NCBI GenBank assembly: GCA_003151615.1
Contig: PLXZ01000001.1
Coordinates: forward strand, 134,544 to 198,543
DNA from: Candidatus Tayloriibacteriota bacterium
GTDB lineage: Bacteria > Patescibacteriota > Minisyncoccia > Phycocordibacterales > PALSA-1337
DNA length: 64,000 nt
Direction of reading: 5' to 3'
Shown: in pieces, positions 1 through 9,869 of the stretch
Layout of the letters: every line of letters starts with the position of its first letter
How positions within the stretch are numbered: the first letter of the stretch is position 1
Notes under the pieces: generated by a model
The model's database searches: none
The model's input: the letters and a program-made list of their open reading frames with translations, nothing else
Told to the model about the DNA's origin: nothing
Position numbers and translations under genes: made by a program

Positions 1-105
1 CAGTTTCTCTTGTTCTTTTTTGTATGTGTCCAATGCCATATAAATGTGGCTTTATTCTAGGACGTTTAACCCCACTTTGCAAGTTGTGCGATCTTTTTTG
101 ATGCT

Positions 106-777
106 CTAATTTATCGGCTCGCGATAGGGGTCTATTTTTGACGTGGAAGCTATTGCTGGAGCCGAAGAAGGTGTGGCAGCCACGTTTGTCGGGGCAGATT
201 TTATGACCGTTTCGTTTACACTTGTCGAAGTTCCCGTCAAAAGTCTGTCCACAAATGCCGGCGGATTTTCAATGGCGTCGAGGGTTGCAGCTTTAGATAT
301 CTGAGGACTTGTAGACTGATTCGCGGAAACGACGTCTTCCGAAGCTCCGCTTTTTTCAACGCTGATGTTGCCGGCTTTGGCGAGATCAGTATTTTCATCC
401 GATTCTTTGGAATCTTCTTCGTCTTCGTGTGAGGTTAACTCTTCAAGAGTTTTTCTGATACTGCCGAGAATTTCGGTATTTACGTCTGCACCAAGTTTTG
501 TGGCCGTTTCCCTGCTTAATTCCGCGTTTTTGACGAGATTGTCGATATAGTCAGCTGGCTTCTCCAGACCAAGCATTACCAAAAGCGTCTCGGTTTGCAG
601 ATTTCCCGATTGGTCTATGCGTAAGGAATATTTTTTCGACAGCTGATCGAATTTATCAGTCAAGTCCGTTGCTGTTATAGCTTTTTGAACCTCAAGCGGA
701 AGTTCCTTGAATCGGGCTTTTATGATGTCTTGTGTGTTGTCTGGGTTCATTTTTTTATTTTTTATCTGCATCCGCAT
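106..777 (-). CDS. Hypothetical acidic protein; last gene of a four-gene minus-strand operon
   Basis: 223-aa ORF with a D/E/S-rich centre. Its start overlaps the stop of the upstream TrbL-like gene (755..777), which suggests translational coupling. No motif I recognise. Confidence 0.4.
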   Translation of the reverse strand: MRMQIKNKKMNPDNTQDIIKARFKELPLEVQKAITATDLTDKFDQLSKKYSLRIDQSGNLQTETLLVMLGLEKPADYIDNLVKNAELSRETATKLGADVNTEILGSIRKTLEELTSHEDEEDSKESDENTDLAKAGNISVEKSGASEDVVSANQSTSPQISKAATLDAIENPPAFVDRLLTGTSTSVNETVIKSAPTNVAATPSSAPAIASTSKIDPYREPIN

Positions 778-2575
778 CCTTCTTTTCTGGTTCTAATTCT
801 TTCTTCAGATCATCGAAGAGTTTATCTTTCTTGTTTTTGTTAAGGCCTTTCAATATGTTTCGTGTTGCATCTTTTCGGGCTTTTCTCGTTACGAGATTTG
901 GACCTTTCTGAAGATTTTTTGCGTATTGCTCCTGGTATATCTTTTTTACATCGTCTTCCTTCTCGTTATCTGTCCTATTGAGTTTCGCTTTCAAATCATC
1001 AGCTTTCTTCTGGGCGTCCAGAGCTCTTTTTTCAAGCCTGTCTTGTTCAGCGGGCGTAAGTTTTGCCAAATCGCCAGCTTTATCGTATACATCAGTAGCT
1101 TCCTGTTGGGCTTCCGCAATTCTTTTGCGAAGATCATTATTGTATATATCATAGTGTTTGCGGGTAAGCTGATCGCCAGTAAGTTCAAGTGATTTCGCAA
1201 CATCTTGATGGGCTTTTGAATATTTTTTAGTTCTTTCATCAAAACCGCCTTTTGTACTTCCGAAAGATGAACCAGCAATACCTTTAAATCCTTGAGAGGC
1301 ATATGTTCCAAGGAAAGTATGTTCTTTGGCGAATCTTTTGAATCTTTCCGATTCGCCAACGGCCGAAGCGGCTCGTCCAAGTGTATGTTGTGCATATACT
1401 CCCGGTCCGATGACACCCTGTCCCCACTTCGAAACTTTCTTCATCATGTCTCCGACAAAGTCAGCGCCTTCACTCGCGATTGATATTGCGGCGGCGAGCG
1501 GGGCATTGATGAGGAAAATGGCAATAATATATTGCAAAACTATACCGATGGTATGCGGTCCGATAAGAGCTCCGCCCACGCCGCCGGTAATGTTTGCGCC
1601 ACTCGGTGCAACTTTGGCAAAATCAAAGAAATGCGGATCATTAAGCACACTCATGGCGACATACATGAGAAGCAGATAGACCGGCATAAATATGCACATC
1701 GCATACAACATCCCCGTCCATTTTTTTCTGTATTTCTCCAAATCCGGAAATATCATACCGATAAAAAGAATTGGTGAAAAAGCCATGAGTAGGATGAGCA
1801 CGCCGATCCGAACAGCGAATGCGATAGCCGCCGCCAAAAAAGAGGTAGTTGCACCAGCCATTAGAATCACCGCTCCTACGTTAGATAGAGTTATATCCTT
1901 ATCCGTGAATGTTTCTGTAGCATCTCCTACTCCATTTGAAGATGCTGAATTTGCAAACGATTGAATATCAAGACTTTGCATGAAAACATTCGAGAGTCCG
2001 CCGTCGTCAAATGCGTCTGATACAAGTCCTACCAATGATCCCGCTCCGCTGTTCGAGGCGTTAACGGTAGTATTCGTCTGTCCTAATCCTGTTGGCGCTA
2101 TTGCGCTGTAAAACGAGAGTGAAATGATGTTTGAACCGTCGACCGCCAGTTTCGTGAAAAAGAGACTGAAGTTGATGAGGAGTCCAGCAATAACGATATT
2201 TTTTATAAGCTTTCCGATACCTGAACCAATGCCCAGAATCATTCGTATGGATGCGTCAAGGAGCAGGAATATAATGAATACGCTTCCGAAATCGCGGATA
2301 GTCGTCCATGCAATTCCGATCGCCGGAGTGTTGTTGACGATTTGCGACATGTTGAGTGTCGCCGTCATTGTGGCGTTGAGTAGACTGCCGACGATAGTCA
2401 GTCCGGAACCGGCTAATGTTACAAGAAATTCAGTAAAGTAAGCCAGGAATTTCCAAAAAACATCGCTTGCGAAATTAGTAATAAAATCTGCAAACGCCGG
2501 ATGCGGAACAACTGCCGCCAAAATCGGAATGACGGCGACCAGTGAAGCTATGATTTTTTTCGACCTTTGTTTCAT
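755..2575 (-). CDS. Polytopic membrane protein, TrbL/VirB6-like (T4SS/conjugation inner-membrane component), with a charged coiled-coil C-terminal tail
   Basis: 606 aa. N-terminal signal/TM segment, then at least six hydrophobic helices rich in G/A/I/L. The C-terminal ~200 aa is K/E/D-rich (KKADDLKAKLNRTDNEKEDDVKK). The architecture resembles TrbL/VirB6. The family call is inference from composition and topology only. Confidence 0.4.
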   Translation of the reverse strand: MKQRSKKIIASLVAVIPILAAVVPHPAFADFITNFASDVFWKFLAYFTEFLVTLAGSGLTIVGSLLNATMTATLNMSQIVNNTPAIGIAWTTIRDFGSVFIIFLLLDASIRMILGIGSGIGKLIKNIVIAGLLINFSLFFTKLAVDGSNIISLSFYSAIAPTGLGQTNTTVNASNSGAGSLVGLVSDAFDDGGLSNVFMQSLDIQSFANSASSNGVGDATETFTDKDITLSNVGAVILMAGATTSFLAAAIAFAVRIGVLILLMAFSPILFIGMIFPDLEKYRKKWTGMLYAMCIFMPVYLLLMYVAMSVLNDPHFFDFAKVAPSGANITGGVGGALIGPHTIGIVLQYIIAIFLINAPLAAAISIASEGADFVGDMMKKVSKWGQGVIGPGVYAQHTLGRAASAVGESERFKRFAKEHTFLGTYASQGFKGIAGSSFGSTKGGFDERTKKYSKAHQDVAKSLELTGDQLTRKHYDIYNNDLRKRIAEAQQEATDVYDKAGDLAKLTPAEQDRLEKRALDAQKKADDLKAKLNRTDNEKEDDVKKIYQEQYAKNLQKGPNLVTRKARKDATRNILKGLNKNKKDKLFDDLKKELEPEKKDADADKK

Positions 2576-2590
2576 TCGCGTTTATATTTA

Positions 2591-4687
2591 TTATTGAATG
2601 TATGAGCCGCCGCTTGCGTTTGTTCCGTACGACGAGTAATTGAAGTTCTGGCATTCCCTGAGCGTCGTATCCGCCTGTTGCTGCATTGGCTGTATCTCCG
2701 ACTGGTAAGTCGACAAATCATTTGCCGATGTCTGGACGGAGGCCGCCGTCGGGAGTGAGCCGGTGCTTGAAAGGTCGCTCAGATCTTGGTTTGGCCCTTC
2801 CAAATCGGACAGACTTTGCGCGTTCGAGGCATCATCGGATATCTGCTGGTATTGCTGAACGGTGCTATCTGCGCCATTAGTTTCATCGGTTATTGCGTTG
2901 ATGAGGGGAGACAGGCTCGTCGAGTCCAGATTTTGAAGAGTGGTTATCTGTCCCTGCATATATGGTATTGCATAAGGGTGCAGCCGTGTCGTTGTAGATG
3001 CGGTTTCCAGAACCTGATAGCAGGAAATTGCATTGTTCAAAGTCGATTCGGCCGTTGTCGCCAGATTCAGGGCGGAATTGTAATTGTTATAAACGGTCTG
3101 CGCAGTGCCGAGATACGGGCTTATGCCGTTGATAATGGTGTCTTGGCTGCTGCTGAAAGACGCCGAATCGGCGCTGTTGATTGATGATTGGAGATAGGAT
3201 TGGCCGCCGCTGGAACTGTGACTCACCGAGGTGAGGCCTTTTTGAAGCGCCATTGTGATAAGCTCCGAGAAAGCCGCGTTGATTATGTCATTGATGCTGT
3301 TGGCAAGTTCCAGATTTTCCGTCGGTACCGCGAGATGTTTGTTCAGTGTCGCCGAAATGACGCTTCCGGGAGTCTGAATGCTGCAGTCCTGGTTCGGGCT
3401 GTCTTCCGCGGCGGTTCCATAAGGGTCATCTGCTCCGCCTGCCGCGACATCGCCGCTGTTTGAATCAGAATTGTCGGAAGCGGAATTATCGCTTGCCGGT
3501 GCCGCCGATATCGAAGACTGTAGTGCACTTATGGAATTCTGCAGATCGGTCTGTTGGCTCTGCTGGCTAGAGAGTTGGTCCTGAAGCGTGTATGACTTGT
3601 TTTTGTTCGTTGAAATTTGATTGCTCAAATCCATGCACATGGAGGAATTCGACAAAATACCCGAGCTGCTAATGCAATTTGAATTGTAATCGTTGGTCTC
3701 GTCGGTGATCTCATACTGATTCGCAGATGTCTGCGACTGGGTGCCCTGTATTTCCTGTTGAAGATTTGCCAATTGTGTTTGCAAATCCTCAACCTGCTGC
3801 TGTTGGGCGGAAGTATCGGTATTGTCTGCGGCAGCGCTCGTATCGTTTGAGGATCCTTCTGTTTCATCAGATCCGTCATTTGCTGAATCCGACGTACTAT
3901 CATCTGAAGGACTCGGCGTACACGATTCCCAGGACAAAAATCCTCCGCCTTGAGAGAGCTCACTTTGTTTTTGTGCTACTTGATTGTTGATTTGCTGTTG
4001 CAACTGGTCTTCGGCATCCAGGTATGCCCCGTTAGGGGTATTATCGGGATTTGTTACAAGGGCCGAAAAAGCCCCCCAGCCGCCCTGGCTGAAATCTCCG
4101 CCGGTAAAGCCCTGAACCGATGGCGTTATGGATACGCCCGCGCTGTTTATGGCGTTTTTGCCGTTTTGTATGATTGTTGAAAGCGTACAGGAATACTGAT
4201 TTTCGCCCCCGCCACCACCACTGCCGTATCCGTCATTTCGTTGTTGTTGTTGGGCAATTGCCAGACGGACCTGAAGGCTGAATGGACTGCAGAGCGATGA
4301 CAATGCCCCGCTCTGCGAAATGAATTGACCCGTTGCCTGGTCGCCGATGTTTTCAAAAAAGGCCGTCGGATTTTGGATAAATGAAGGGTTGCCGTTAAAG
4401 CCTGAATTGATCCAACTTATCACGCTATTGGTTATTTGCATCAAAAGCTGTTTTGCGATTGCCGTTGCAATTTTGTTCAGTACGCTGTTTTCCAGGAATT
4501 GGTCAGTCGTTGCTACGGATGTTATTGCGTTTTCAATGCTGCTCAATGTATTTACTATGCCATTATGAATGTCTTCGACAAGTTCCTGAGCGTGCGCTTT
4601 TTGAGGGACGATGAATCCCGCGGTTGAAAAAACAAGGACAGTGCACGCAATACCCAAGACGATTTTTTTCAAATTATTTTTTTTCAT
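2591..4687 (-). CDS. Secreted S/Q/N/T-rich low-complexity protein, possibly a fibre or surface component
   Basis: 698 aa. Clear signal peptide (MKKNNLKKIVLGIACTVLVFSTAGFIVPQKAHAQ), a Gly run, Q-rich coiled-coil segments and S/D/N-rich tracts. Its stop overlaps the downstream start. Confidence 0.45.
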   Translation of the reverse strand: MKKNNLKKIVLGIACTVLVFSTAGFIVPQKAHAQELVEDIHNGIVNTLSSIENAITSVATTDQFLENSVLNKIATAIAKQLLMQITNSVISWINSGFNGNPSFIQNPTAFFENIGDQATGQFISQSGALSSLCSPFSLQVRLAIAQQQQRNDGYGSGGGGGENQYSCTLSTIIQNGKNAINSAGVSITPSVQGFTGGDFSQGGWGAFSALVTNPDNTPNGAYLDAEDQLQQQINNQVAQKQSELSQGGGFLSWESCTPSPSDDSTSDSANDGSDETEGSSNDTSAAADNTDTSAQQQQVEDLQTQLANLQQEIQGTQSQTSANQYEITDETNDYNSNCISSSGILSNSSMCMDLSNQISTNKNKSYTLQDQLSSQQSQQTDLQNSISALQSSISAAPASDNSASDNSDSNSGDVAAGGADDPYGTAAEDSPNQDCSIQTPGSVISATLNKHLAVPTENLELANSINDIINAAFSELITMALQKGLTSVSHSSSGGQSYLQSSINSADSASFSSSQDTIINGISPYLGTAQTVYNNYNSALNLATTAESTLNNAISCYQVLETASTTTRLHPYAIPYMQGQITTLQNLDSTSLSPLINAITDETNGADSTVQQYQQISDDASNAQSLSDLEGPNQDLSDLSSTGSLPTAASVQTSANDLSTYQSEIQPMQQQADTTLRECQNFNYSSYGTNASGGSYIQ

Positions 4688-5580
4688 TGTGATTTGTAGG
4701 TGAATATGATGCCGGGTTCGTCCGTTGTATACGTAATATGATCAATGGAGAGGGCCGTTTCTATTCCGGTGAAGGCCGTATTCAGATCAGCCGCTCCCTG
4801 CTTGTAAATATTCAAGCCGCCGAGGCTTGTCAGGCCGTCGGAATATGTTTTTTCAAAAGACTGATCGGCGAAAATAAGTTCAGTCAGGGCGTTTACGAAA
4901 GCAAGATGGGTATTCGCAAGCGACGATGGCACGGTGACCGCGAGTTCGCCTTTGAGCATGGCTTGATATTCGGCAATGATCGGATCCAGCTGTTTGAGTT
5001 CGGCGGGGTTGTTGTCGTCCAGACTGCCCTGGACTATGTCCAGCTCGCCCTCATGTTTTATGAAATTCTTCACAAAAGGCAGTCCCGCCGCGTTTCCGTA
5101 TGCCTTTGTCGATGTTGTTCCATTGTCGGCGCTAATTTTTAAATTGCTTGCCGTATAAAGTTTCGGCGAAGGCAAGATTGTGCCGTCGGACAGGACTTCG
5201 CTGCTGACCGCCTGCTGAACCGCCGGGTCGGTCAAATCCTGTCCGGAATTTTGTGCTTGGGCGTATCGCGCGAAAAGATCTTGTCCGAATTTATCGGTCG
5301 GCGTCAGCGGAGTGCGCGATGCCGTTGTTGAAGAGCCGGGATTTTCCCATGACCCCGATACTGCGGTTGAAAGCGTCTTTTCCCAGTTTCCTGCGTAGGA
5401 GATGCCGCCGTTACTTGAGGTCGCAGTTGCCGTTATCGTAGAAAATTGCATGCTGTTTTGTTTATTATCTGCCGAAGCGAAATAGGCCGGGTTTTCATAT
5501 CTCGACACGATGAAAGCCGCCACAATAATGGCAACCGCAATAGCGATCAAAATGATATTTTTTACGCTTAATTTTTGCAC
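4684..5580 (-). CDS. N-terminally membrane-anchored protein, first gene of the T4SS-like operon; probable GTG start
   Basis: The listed ORF (4684..5742) has no ATG before its TM helix (KNIILIAIAVAIIVAAFIV) and would overlap ksgA by about 100 nt. An in-frame GTG at 5580 directly precedes the TM helix. ATGA start/stop overlap with the next gene at 4684-4687. Confidence 0.4.
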   Translation of the reverse strand: MQKLSVKNIILIAIAVAIIVAAFIVSRYENPAYFASADNKQNSMQFSTITATATSSNGGISYAGNWEKTLSTAVSGSWENPGSSTTASRTPLTPTDKFGQDLFARYAQAQNSGQDLTDPAVQQAVSSEVLSDGTILPSPKLYTASNLKISADNGTTSTKAYGNAAGLPFVKNFIKHEGELDIVQGSLDDNNPAELKQLDPIIAEYQAMLKGELAVTVPSSLANTHLAFVNALTELIFADQSFEKTYSDGLTSLGGLNIYKQGAADLNTAFTGIETALSIDHITYTTDEPGIIFTYKSQ

Positions 5581-5639
5581 TGTAATAATTTCAAAGCTTC
5601 CGGTCGGCGATTGGCAAAAGGCTTGAAAAGCTTTGCAAA

Positions 5640-6443
5640 TTATAGCAAATTGGGGGTGGCAATGAAAGACGCTATTTGTCCCCAGTTGTCGAGTGTGATG
5701 TCTTCGGCGCGCGCATTTGACGATATTCCGATTTTGTTCCATATTTTTTCCAAAATCTCTTTTTCAGCCGTTTTTTGAAGGTTTTTTATGAGAACTTTTC
5801 TCTTGTGGGCGAAACCGGCCTTCACAATTGCGAAAAAATGGCTCTCATTAAGGTTATTTTCAATAAAAAAGTCCTTTGAAATCTCGTCAATCAACACCAC
5901 TGCCGAGTCGACTTTCGGTATAGGTCGAAAATGACGCGCCTCCACGGTTTCAACGTAATGCGGCTTTCCGTAAGCTTTGACGCTTATGGACAAGATACTT
6001 TCTTTTTTGTCGGCCGCGATTCTTTTCGCGACTTCTTTCTGAAGCATTAGGACCATTTTTTTTGGCTGGTGTTCCGATTCCAAAAATTTTCTCAGGAATT
6101 CACCAGTAATGTAGTACGGAATGTTTGCCGCGATGACATAGTCGTCGGGCATGTCCTTGATGGGATCAAAATCAAGAATATCTCCGGGGATCAGTTTTAT
6201 TTTTCCGTCCTTTAGTTCCGCCGAATATTTTTCGCGCAAAAAATCGACGGACCGAATGTCCTTTTCAACCGCAATGACCTGCGCTCCTGCTTCCAGAAGC
6301 GCTGAAGTCAAAGCTCCTTTTCCGGGTCCCGTTTCCAATACCATGTCGCCGGCTTTTATCTGCGCTGCATGAATCATCATTCCAGCTACATGCGGCGCGT
6401 GAAGAAAATTTTGTCCGAGAGATTTTTTTGCAATAAAAGACAT
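5640..6443 (-). CDS. rsmA: 16S rRNA (adenine1518/1519-N6)-dimethyltransferase RsmA/KsgA
   Basis: N-terminal KKSLGQNFL motif and a SAM-binding ETGPGKGALT stretch, as in KsgA. 267 aa. Confidence 0.9.
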   Translation of the reverse strand: MSFIAKKSLGQNFLHAPHVAGMMIHAAQIKAGDMVLETGPGKGALTSALLEAGAQVIAVEKDIRSVDFLREKYSAELKDGKIKLIPGDILDFDPIKDMPDDYVIAANIPYYITGEFLRKFLESEHQPKKMVLMLQKEVAKRIAADKKESILSISVKAYGKPHYVETVEARHFRPIPKVDSAVVLIDEISKDFFIENNLNESHFFAIVKAGFAHKRKVLIKNLQKTAEKEILEKIWNKIGISSNARAEDITLDNWGQIASFIATPNLL

Positions 6444-6458
6444 TTTGTATTTTAGATT

Positions 6459-8465
6459 TTAAAAATTTATGAAGAAAGATCTGCGAACGGGTTTGTCCTC
6501 AAAGCTTTCATCAATCAATCCCGGTCCGATGTCCGTTATGAATTGCGACGGAGTATTTACTTTTTGCGAACCGAAAATGGTCCGAATCTGCGCCCACGAC
6601 AGAAAAACTTTTTTTCGAGCGCGCGTTATCGCAACGTAAAAAAGCCGGCGTTCCTCCTCTTCTTCAGCCTGAGTCACCGCGCCTTCGTTCAGGCGCTTGT
6701 GAGGGAATAAATCCTCCTCAAGTCCCGAAATAAAAACATAATCGAATTCCAGGCCTTTTGAGGCATGAACGGTCATGAGCTTCACTGCGTTGTTGTCTTT
6801 TTCAAGCTCGTCCTGATCCGTTGCAAGCGACGCATTCTCCAAAAGTTTTTCCACTGCAGTTATTTTGACGGATTCCGTTTCTGTTCCATTTTTTGTGCCG
6901 GAGTCCGCACCAATTTCGTCGGCAACTGTAACATCTAAAGCATCATATTGAGCGGCTACCGACACCAATTCCCTAAGATTTTCAAGCTTTTCCTGGTCTT
7001 CGGCGGTTCCGTCCTTTAGTGCTTTTTCGAGGCCTGTTTCACGCATTACATACTTAACCAACATCGAAGGAACTTCCGTTTCTGCAACTTTTTTTATACG
7101 GTCGAGCAATGCCAGAAACGCATTCACTTTTGTTTTGAGCGCCGGGCCGAGAGTAGCAGTTTGATTCGCCAAAACCTTCATCATGGTCGCTTTGCCGATG
7201 CCGCGCGGAGGGACATTTATGATTCGCACCATGTCGCCCGCACTTTCCCTGTTCAACGATGCGCGAATAAACGATAAAACATCCTTGACTTCTTTTCTGT
7301 CGAAGAATCGTGTGCCGAGTATCTGATACGGAACTTCATTTTTCAAAAAAGCTTCCTCAAGCGCGCGTGATTGAAAGTTTGCGCGATACAAAATGGCAAT
7401 TTCGCGGGGTTCGGTTTTCCGCGTGCCGTTTTCCAGGGCAATAATGTCCATTATCTGTTCGACGATGGCCTGCGCCTCGTCTGCTTCGGTGTATGTCACG
7501 GTCAAATCAATTTTTTCTCCCTCGCCATTTTTGGTGAACAGCGTTTTGTCGCGGCGAAGTTTGTTTTTTTCAATGACATTGTTCGCCGCTGACAAAATTG
7601 TCTGTGTGGACCGATAATTTTCCTCGAGCAGAATGATTTTTGCCATCGGATAGTCCTTTTCAAAATTCAAAATATTGTGAATCGTCGCTCCGCGCCAGCT
7701 GTAGATGTTCTGGTCGATGTCCCCAACGACGCATATGTTTTTATTTTTTTCCGCAAGTAATTTCACAATGTCATATTGGACCTTGTTGGTGTCCTGATAC
7801 TCGTCGACGTGTATGTATTGCCAGAGCGAGGAATAATATTCGCGGATATCCGCGTGATTTTTCAAAAGAAGCATGGCTTTCAAAAGCAAATCGTCAAAAT
7901 CAAGGGATTTTTCTTTTTTGAGCGTCGCTTCGTATCGGTCCCACACATCAGCCACGACTGTCGAAAAATAATCATGCGCTTTTTCGCGAAAAGCGACGTT
8001 GGTAATCCCGTCTCCTTTTTGCCGCGAAATCGCATTCAAAATAATTCCGGGTTCAAACTGTTTCGGGTCCAAACCGAGACCTTCAACGGCATCTTTGATT
8101 GCCCTTTTCGAATCCGAACGGTCGTAAATGGTGAAATGTCGGGTCAAACCGATTTTGTGGCTCTGTTGCTTGATAATATGGACGCCGAGGGCATGAAAAG
8201 TGCTGACAAAAGGCCGGTCACCCATATAAATCGGTCTGTTAATCGGCATATCCTCAGAAAGGAGTTTATCCACACGTTCCCGCATCTCTTTTGCCGCCTT
8301 ATTTGTAAAAGTTATGGCTAAAATATTTCTCGGGACGACACCCTTTCTTATCAAATTCAGGATTCTATGAGTAACTGTCTTGGTTTTTCCGGCACCTGCA
8401 CCGGCGAGGATGAGAAGAGGGCCTTCGGTGGTTTCCACCGCTTCTTTTTGGCGATCGTTTAACAT
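6459..8465 (-). CDS. UvrD/PcrA/Rep-family ATP-dependent DNA helicase
   Basis: Walker A GAGAGKT near the N-terminus, LAITFTNKAAKEM (motif Ia) and VDEYQDTN (DEYQD box). 668 aa. Confidence 0.9.
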   Translation of the reverse strand: MLNDRQKEAVETTEGPLLILAGAGAGKTKTVTHRILNLIRKGVVPRNILAITFTNKAAKEMRERVDKLLSEDMPINRPIYMGDRPFVSTFHALGVHIIKQQSHKIGLTRHFTIYDRSDSKRAIKDAVEGLGLDPKQFEPGIILNAISRQKGDGITNVAFREKAHDYFSTVVADVWDRYEATLKKEKSLDFDDLLLKAMLLLKNHADIREYYSSLWQYIHVDEYQDTNKVQYDIVKLLAEKNKNICVVGDIDQNIYSWRGATIHNILNFEKDYPMAKIILLEENYRSTQTILSAANNVIEKNKLRRDKTLFTKNGEGEKIDLTVTYTEADEAQAIVEQIMDIIALENGTRKTEPREIAILYRANFQSRALEEAFLKNEVPYQILGTRFFDRKEVKDVLSFIRASLNRESAGDMVRIINVPPRGIGKATMMKVLANQTATLGPALKTKVNAFLALLDRIKKVAETEVPSMLVKYVMRETGLEKALKDGTAEDQEKLENLRELVSVAAQYDALDVTVADEIGADSGTKNGTETESVKITAVEKLLENASLATDQDELEKDNNAVKLMTVHASKGLEFDYVFISGLEEDLFPHKRLNEGAVTQAEEEEERRLFYVAITRARKKVFLSWAQIRTIFGSQKVNTPSQFITDIGPGLIDESFEDKPVRRSFFINF

Positions 8466-8650
8466 GCAAACACTATACCATAATGGTCGATTGACATTTA
8501 AAACCCTACTGATACCCTGTATTAGTAGCTTCCCGATACCTATCGTGTATGACTATAAAATGGCTATACGGAGCCATAATACCACAAAACTGTACCTCTG
8601 AATTACCACCCTGACTGAACTGCCGCCCTTCCGCCCGACCCGTTTCTGTT

Positions 8651-9862
8651 ATGAAATTTTTTTCTCACAATAAAACCAAGCTCCTTTTGCGACCAAAAAC
8701 CTCCTCAAAAGGTCTCTTTGTGCGTATGTTCTCGGCGTATTTCTTTATTTTTAGCCTTATTTTGAATATTTTCGTCAGTCCGGCAGTTGCGCATGCCGGC
8801 TTTTTTTCTTCAATAATTGCCGGAATATCAGGGGGAGTTTCCGATCTTGCGGCTAATCATGCGATGGCTGAAAGCGTTTCAGACGGGTCGTCTTCGCAAA
8901 ATATGAAGTCCGGAAATGACGACAGCAACAGTGTTCTGGTTGCGGCTGTGAATTCGAATCTTGCACCGACAGCCGATTGCTCCGTTCCGGTGACCGATGA
9001 CGATACGATTTCTTCGCAACTTGATCCTTGTTCAGTGGCAACCACGACGAATACGGAAATCAGCACCTATGTTGTCCGTTCCGGCGACACGCTTTCTGAA
9101 ATCGCCAATCTTTTCGGTGTTTCAGTCAACACAATCGTATGGATGAACGATCTTGACCGCGCAGTTCCACTTCAGGCCGGAGAAACTCTCGTTATTCTTC
9201 CTGTCTCGGGAATTCAGTACACGATTAAAAAGGGCGATACCGTTCAAAGCATCGCCACTCATTACGGAGTTGATCAGCAGGATATTCTTCAATATAACGA
9301 TATTGCTTCGAGCACTAGTGTCTTGAACGTCGGCGAAACTGTTATTATTCCCGATGCAACACTCGACGGTTCTCAAATCAATTCTTCCGTGACGGGATCG
9401 GGAGCTAAAACTTCCGGTAGTAAAGGCGGTTCGGTAAAATCGAAATGGGGCGCTCCCGGAACGGAACCGGCGCATAATACCAACGGGCCTTATTATCCCG
9501 GCTATTACATTCTTCCCCTTGCTCACGGCACCGAGACGCAGGGCCTCCATGGTTATAATGCAGTTGACTTAGCTGATCCAAAAGGCACGCCGATATATGC
9601 GGCGGCACAAGGAATTGTAATTATTAGCATAAAAAACGGCGGATGGAACGGAGGTTACGGAAACTATGTAGTCATCAACCATCCTAATGGAACACAGACG
9701 TTGTATGCCCACATGAGCAGGGTCTTTGCCACTAACGGTGAGAGTGTTGCGCAGGGCGAAGAAATTGGCCTCGTCGGAGCAACAGGTGAAGCAACCGGAC
9801 CCCACGTCCATTTCGAAGTTCACGGCGCACGCGATCCTTTTGCGAATCTTACGACCTGGTAG
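8651..9862 (+). CDS. LysM-domain M23 family metallopeptidase (cell-wall hydrolase)
   Basis: Two LysM-like repeats (YVVRSGDTLSEIANLFGVSVNTI and YTIKKGDTVQSIATHYGV). C-terminal M23 signature HMSRV...GEEIGLVGATGEATGPHVHFEV. Confidence 0.85.
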   Translation: MKFFSHNKTKLLLRPKTSSKGLFVRMFSAYFFIFSLILNIFVSPAVAHAGFFSSIIAGISGGVSDLAANHAMAESVSDGSSSQNMKSGNDDSNSVLVAAVNSNLAPTADCSVPVTDDDTISSQLDPCSVATTTNTEISTYVVRSGDTLSEIANLFGVSVNTIVWMNDLDRAVPLQAGETLVILPVSGIQYTIKKGDTVQSIATHYGVDQQDILQYNDIASSTSVLNVGETVIIPDATLDGSQINSSVTGSGAKTSGSKGGSVKSKWGAPGTEPAHNTNGPYYPGYYILPLAHGTETQGLHGYNAVDLADPKGTPIYAAAQGIVIISIKNGGWNGGYGNYVVINHPNGTQTLYAHMSRVFATNGESVAQGEEIGLVGATGEATGPHVHFEVHGARDPFANLTTW

Positions 9863-9869
9863 TTATATT

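Noticed and set aside
2170-2185. TTGATGAGGAGTCC, resembling a hammerhead CUGAUGA box
   Set aside because: It lacks C3, has no GAAA or helix II/III partners nearby, and lies inside a well-supported membrane-protein CDS.
5640-5742. Apparent ~100-nt overlap between ksgA and the listed 4684..5742 ORF
   Set aside because: The overlap disappears if the downstream gene starts at the in-frame GTG at 5580, immediately before its TM helix. This is treated as a start-codon annotation issue, not a real overlap.
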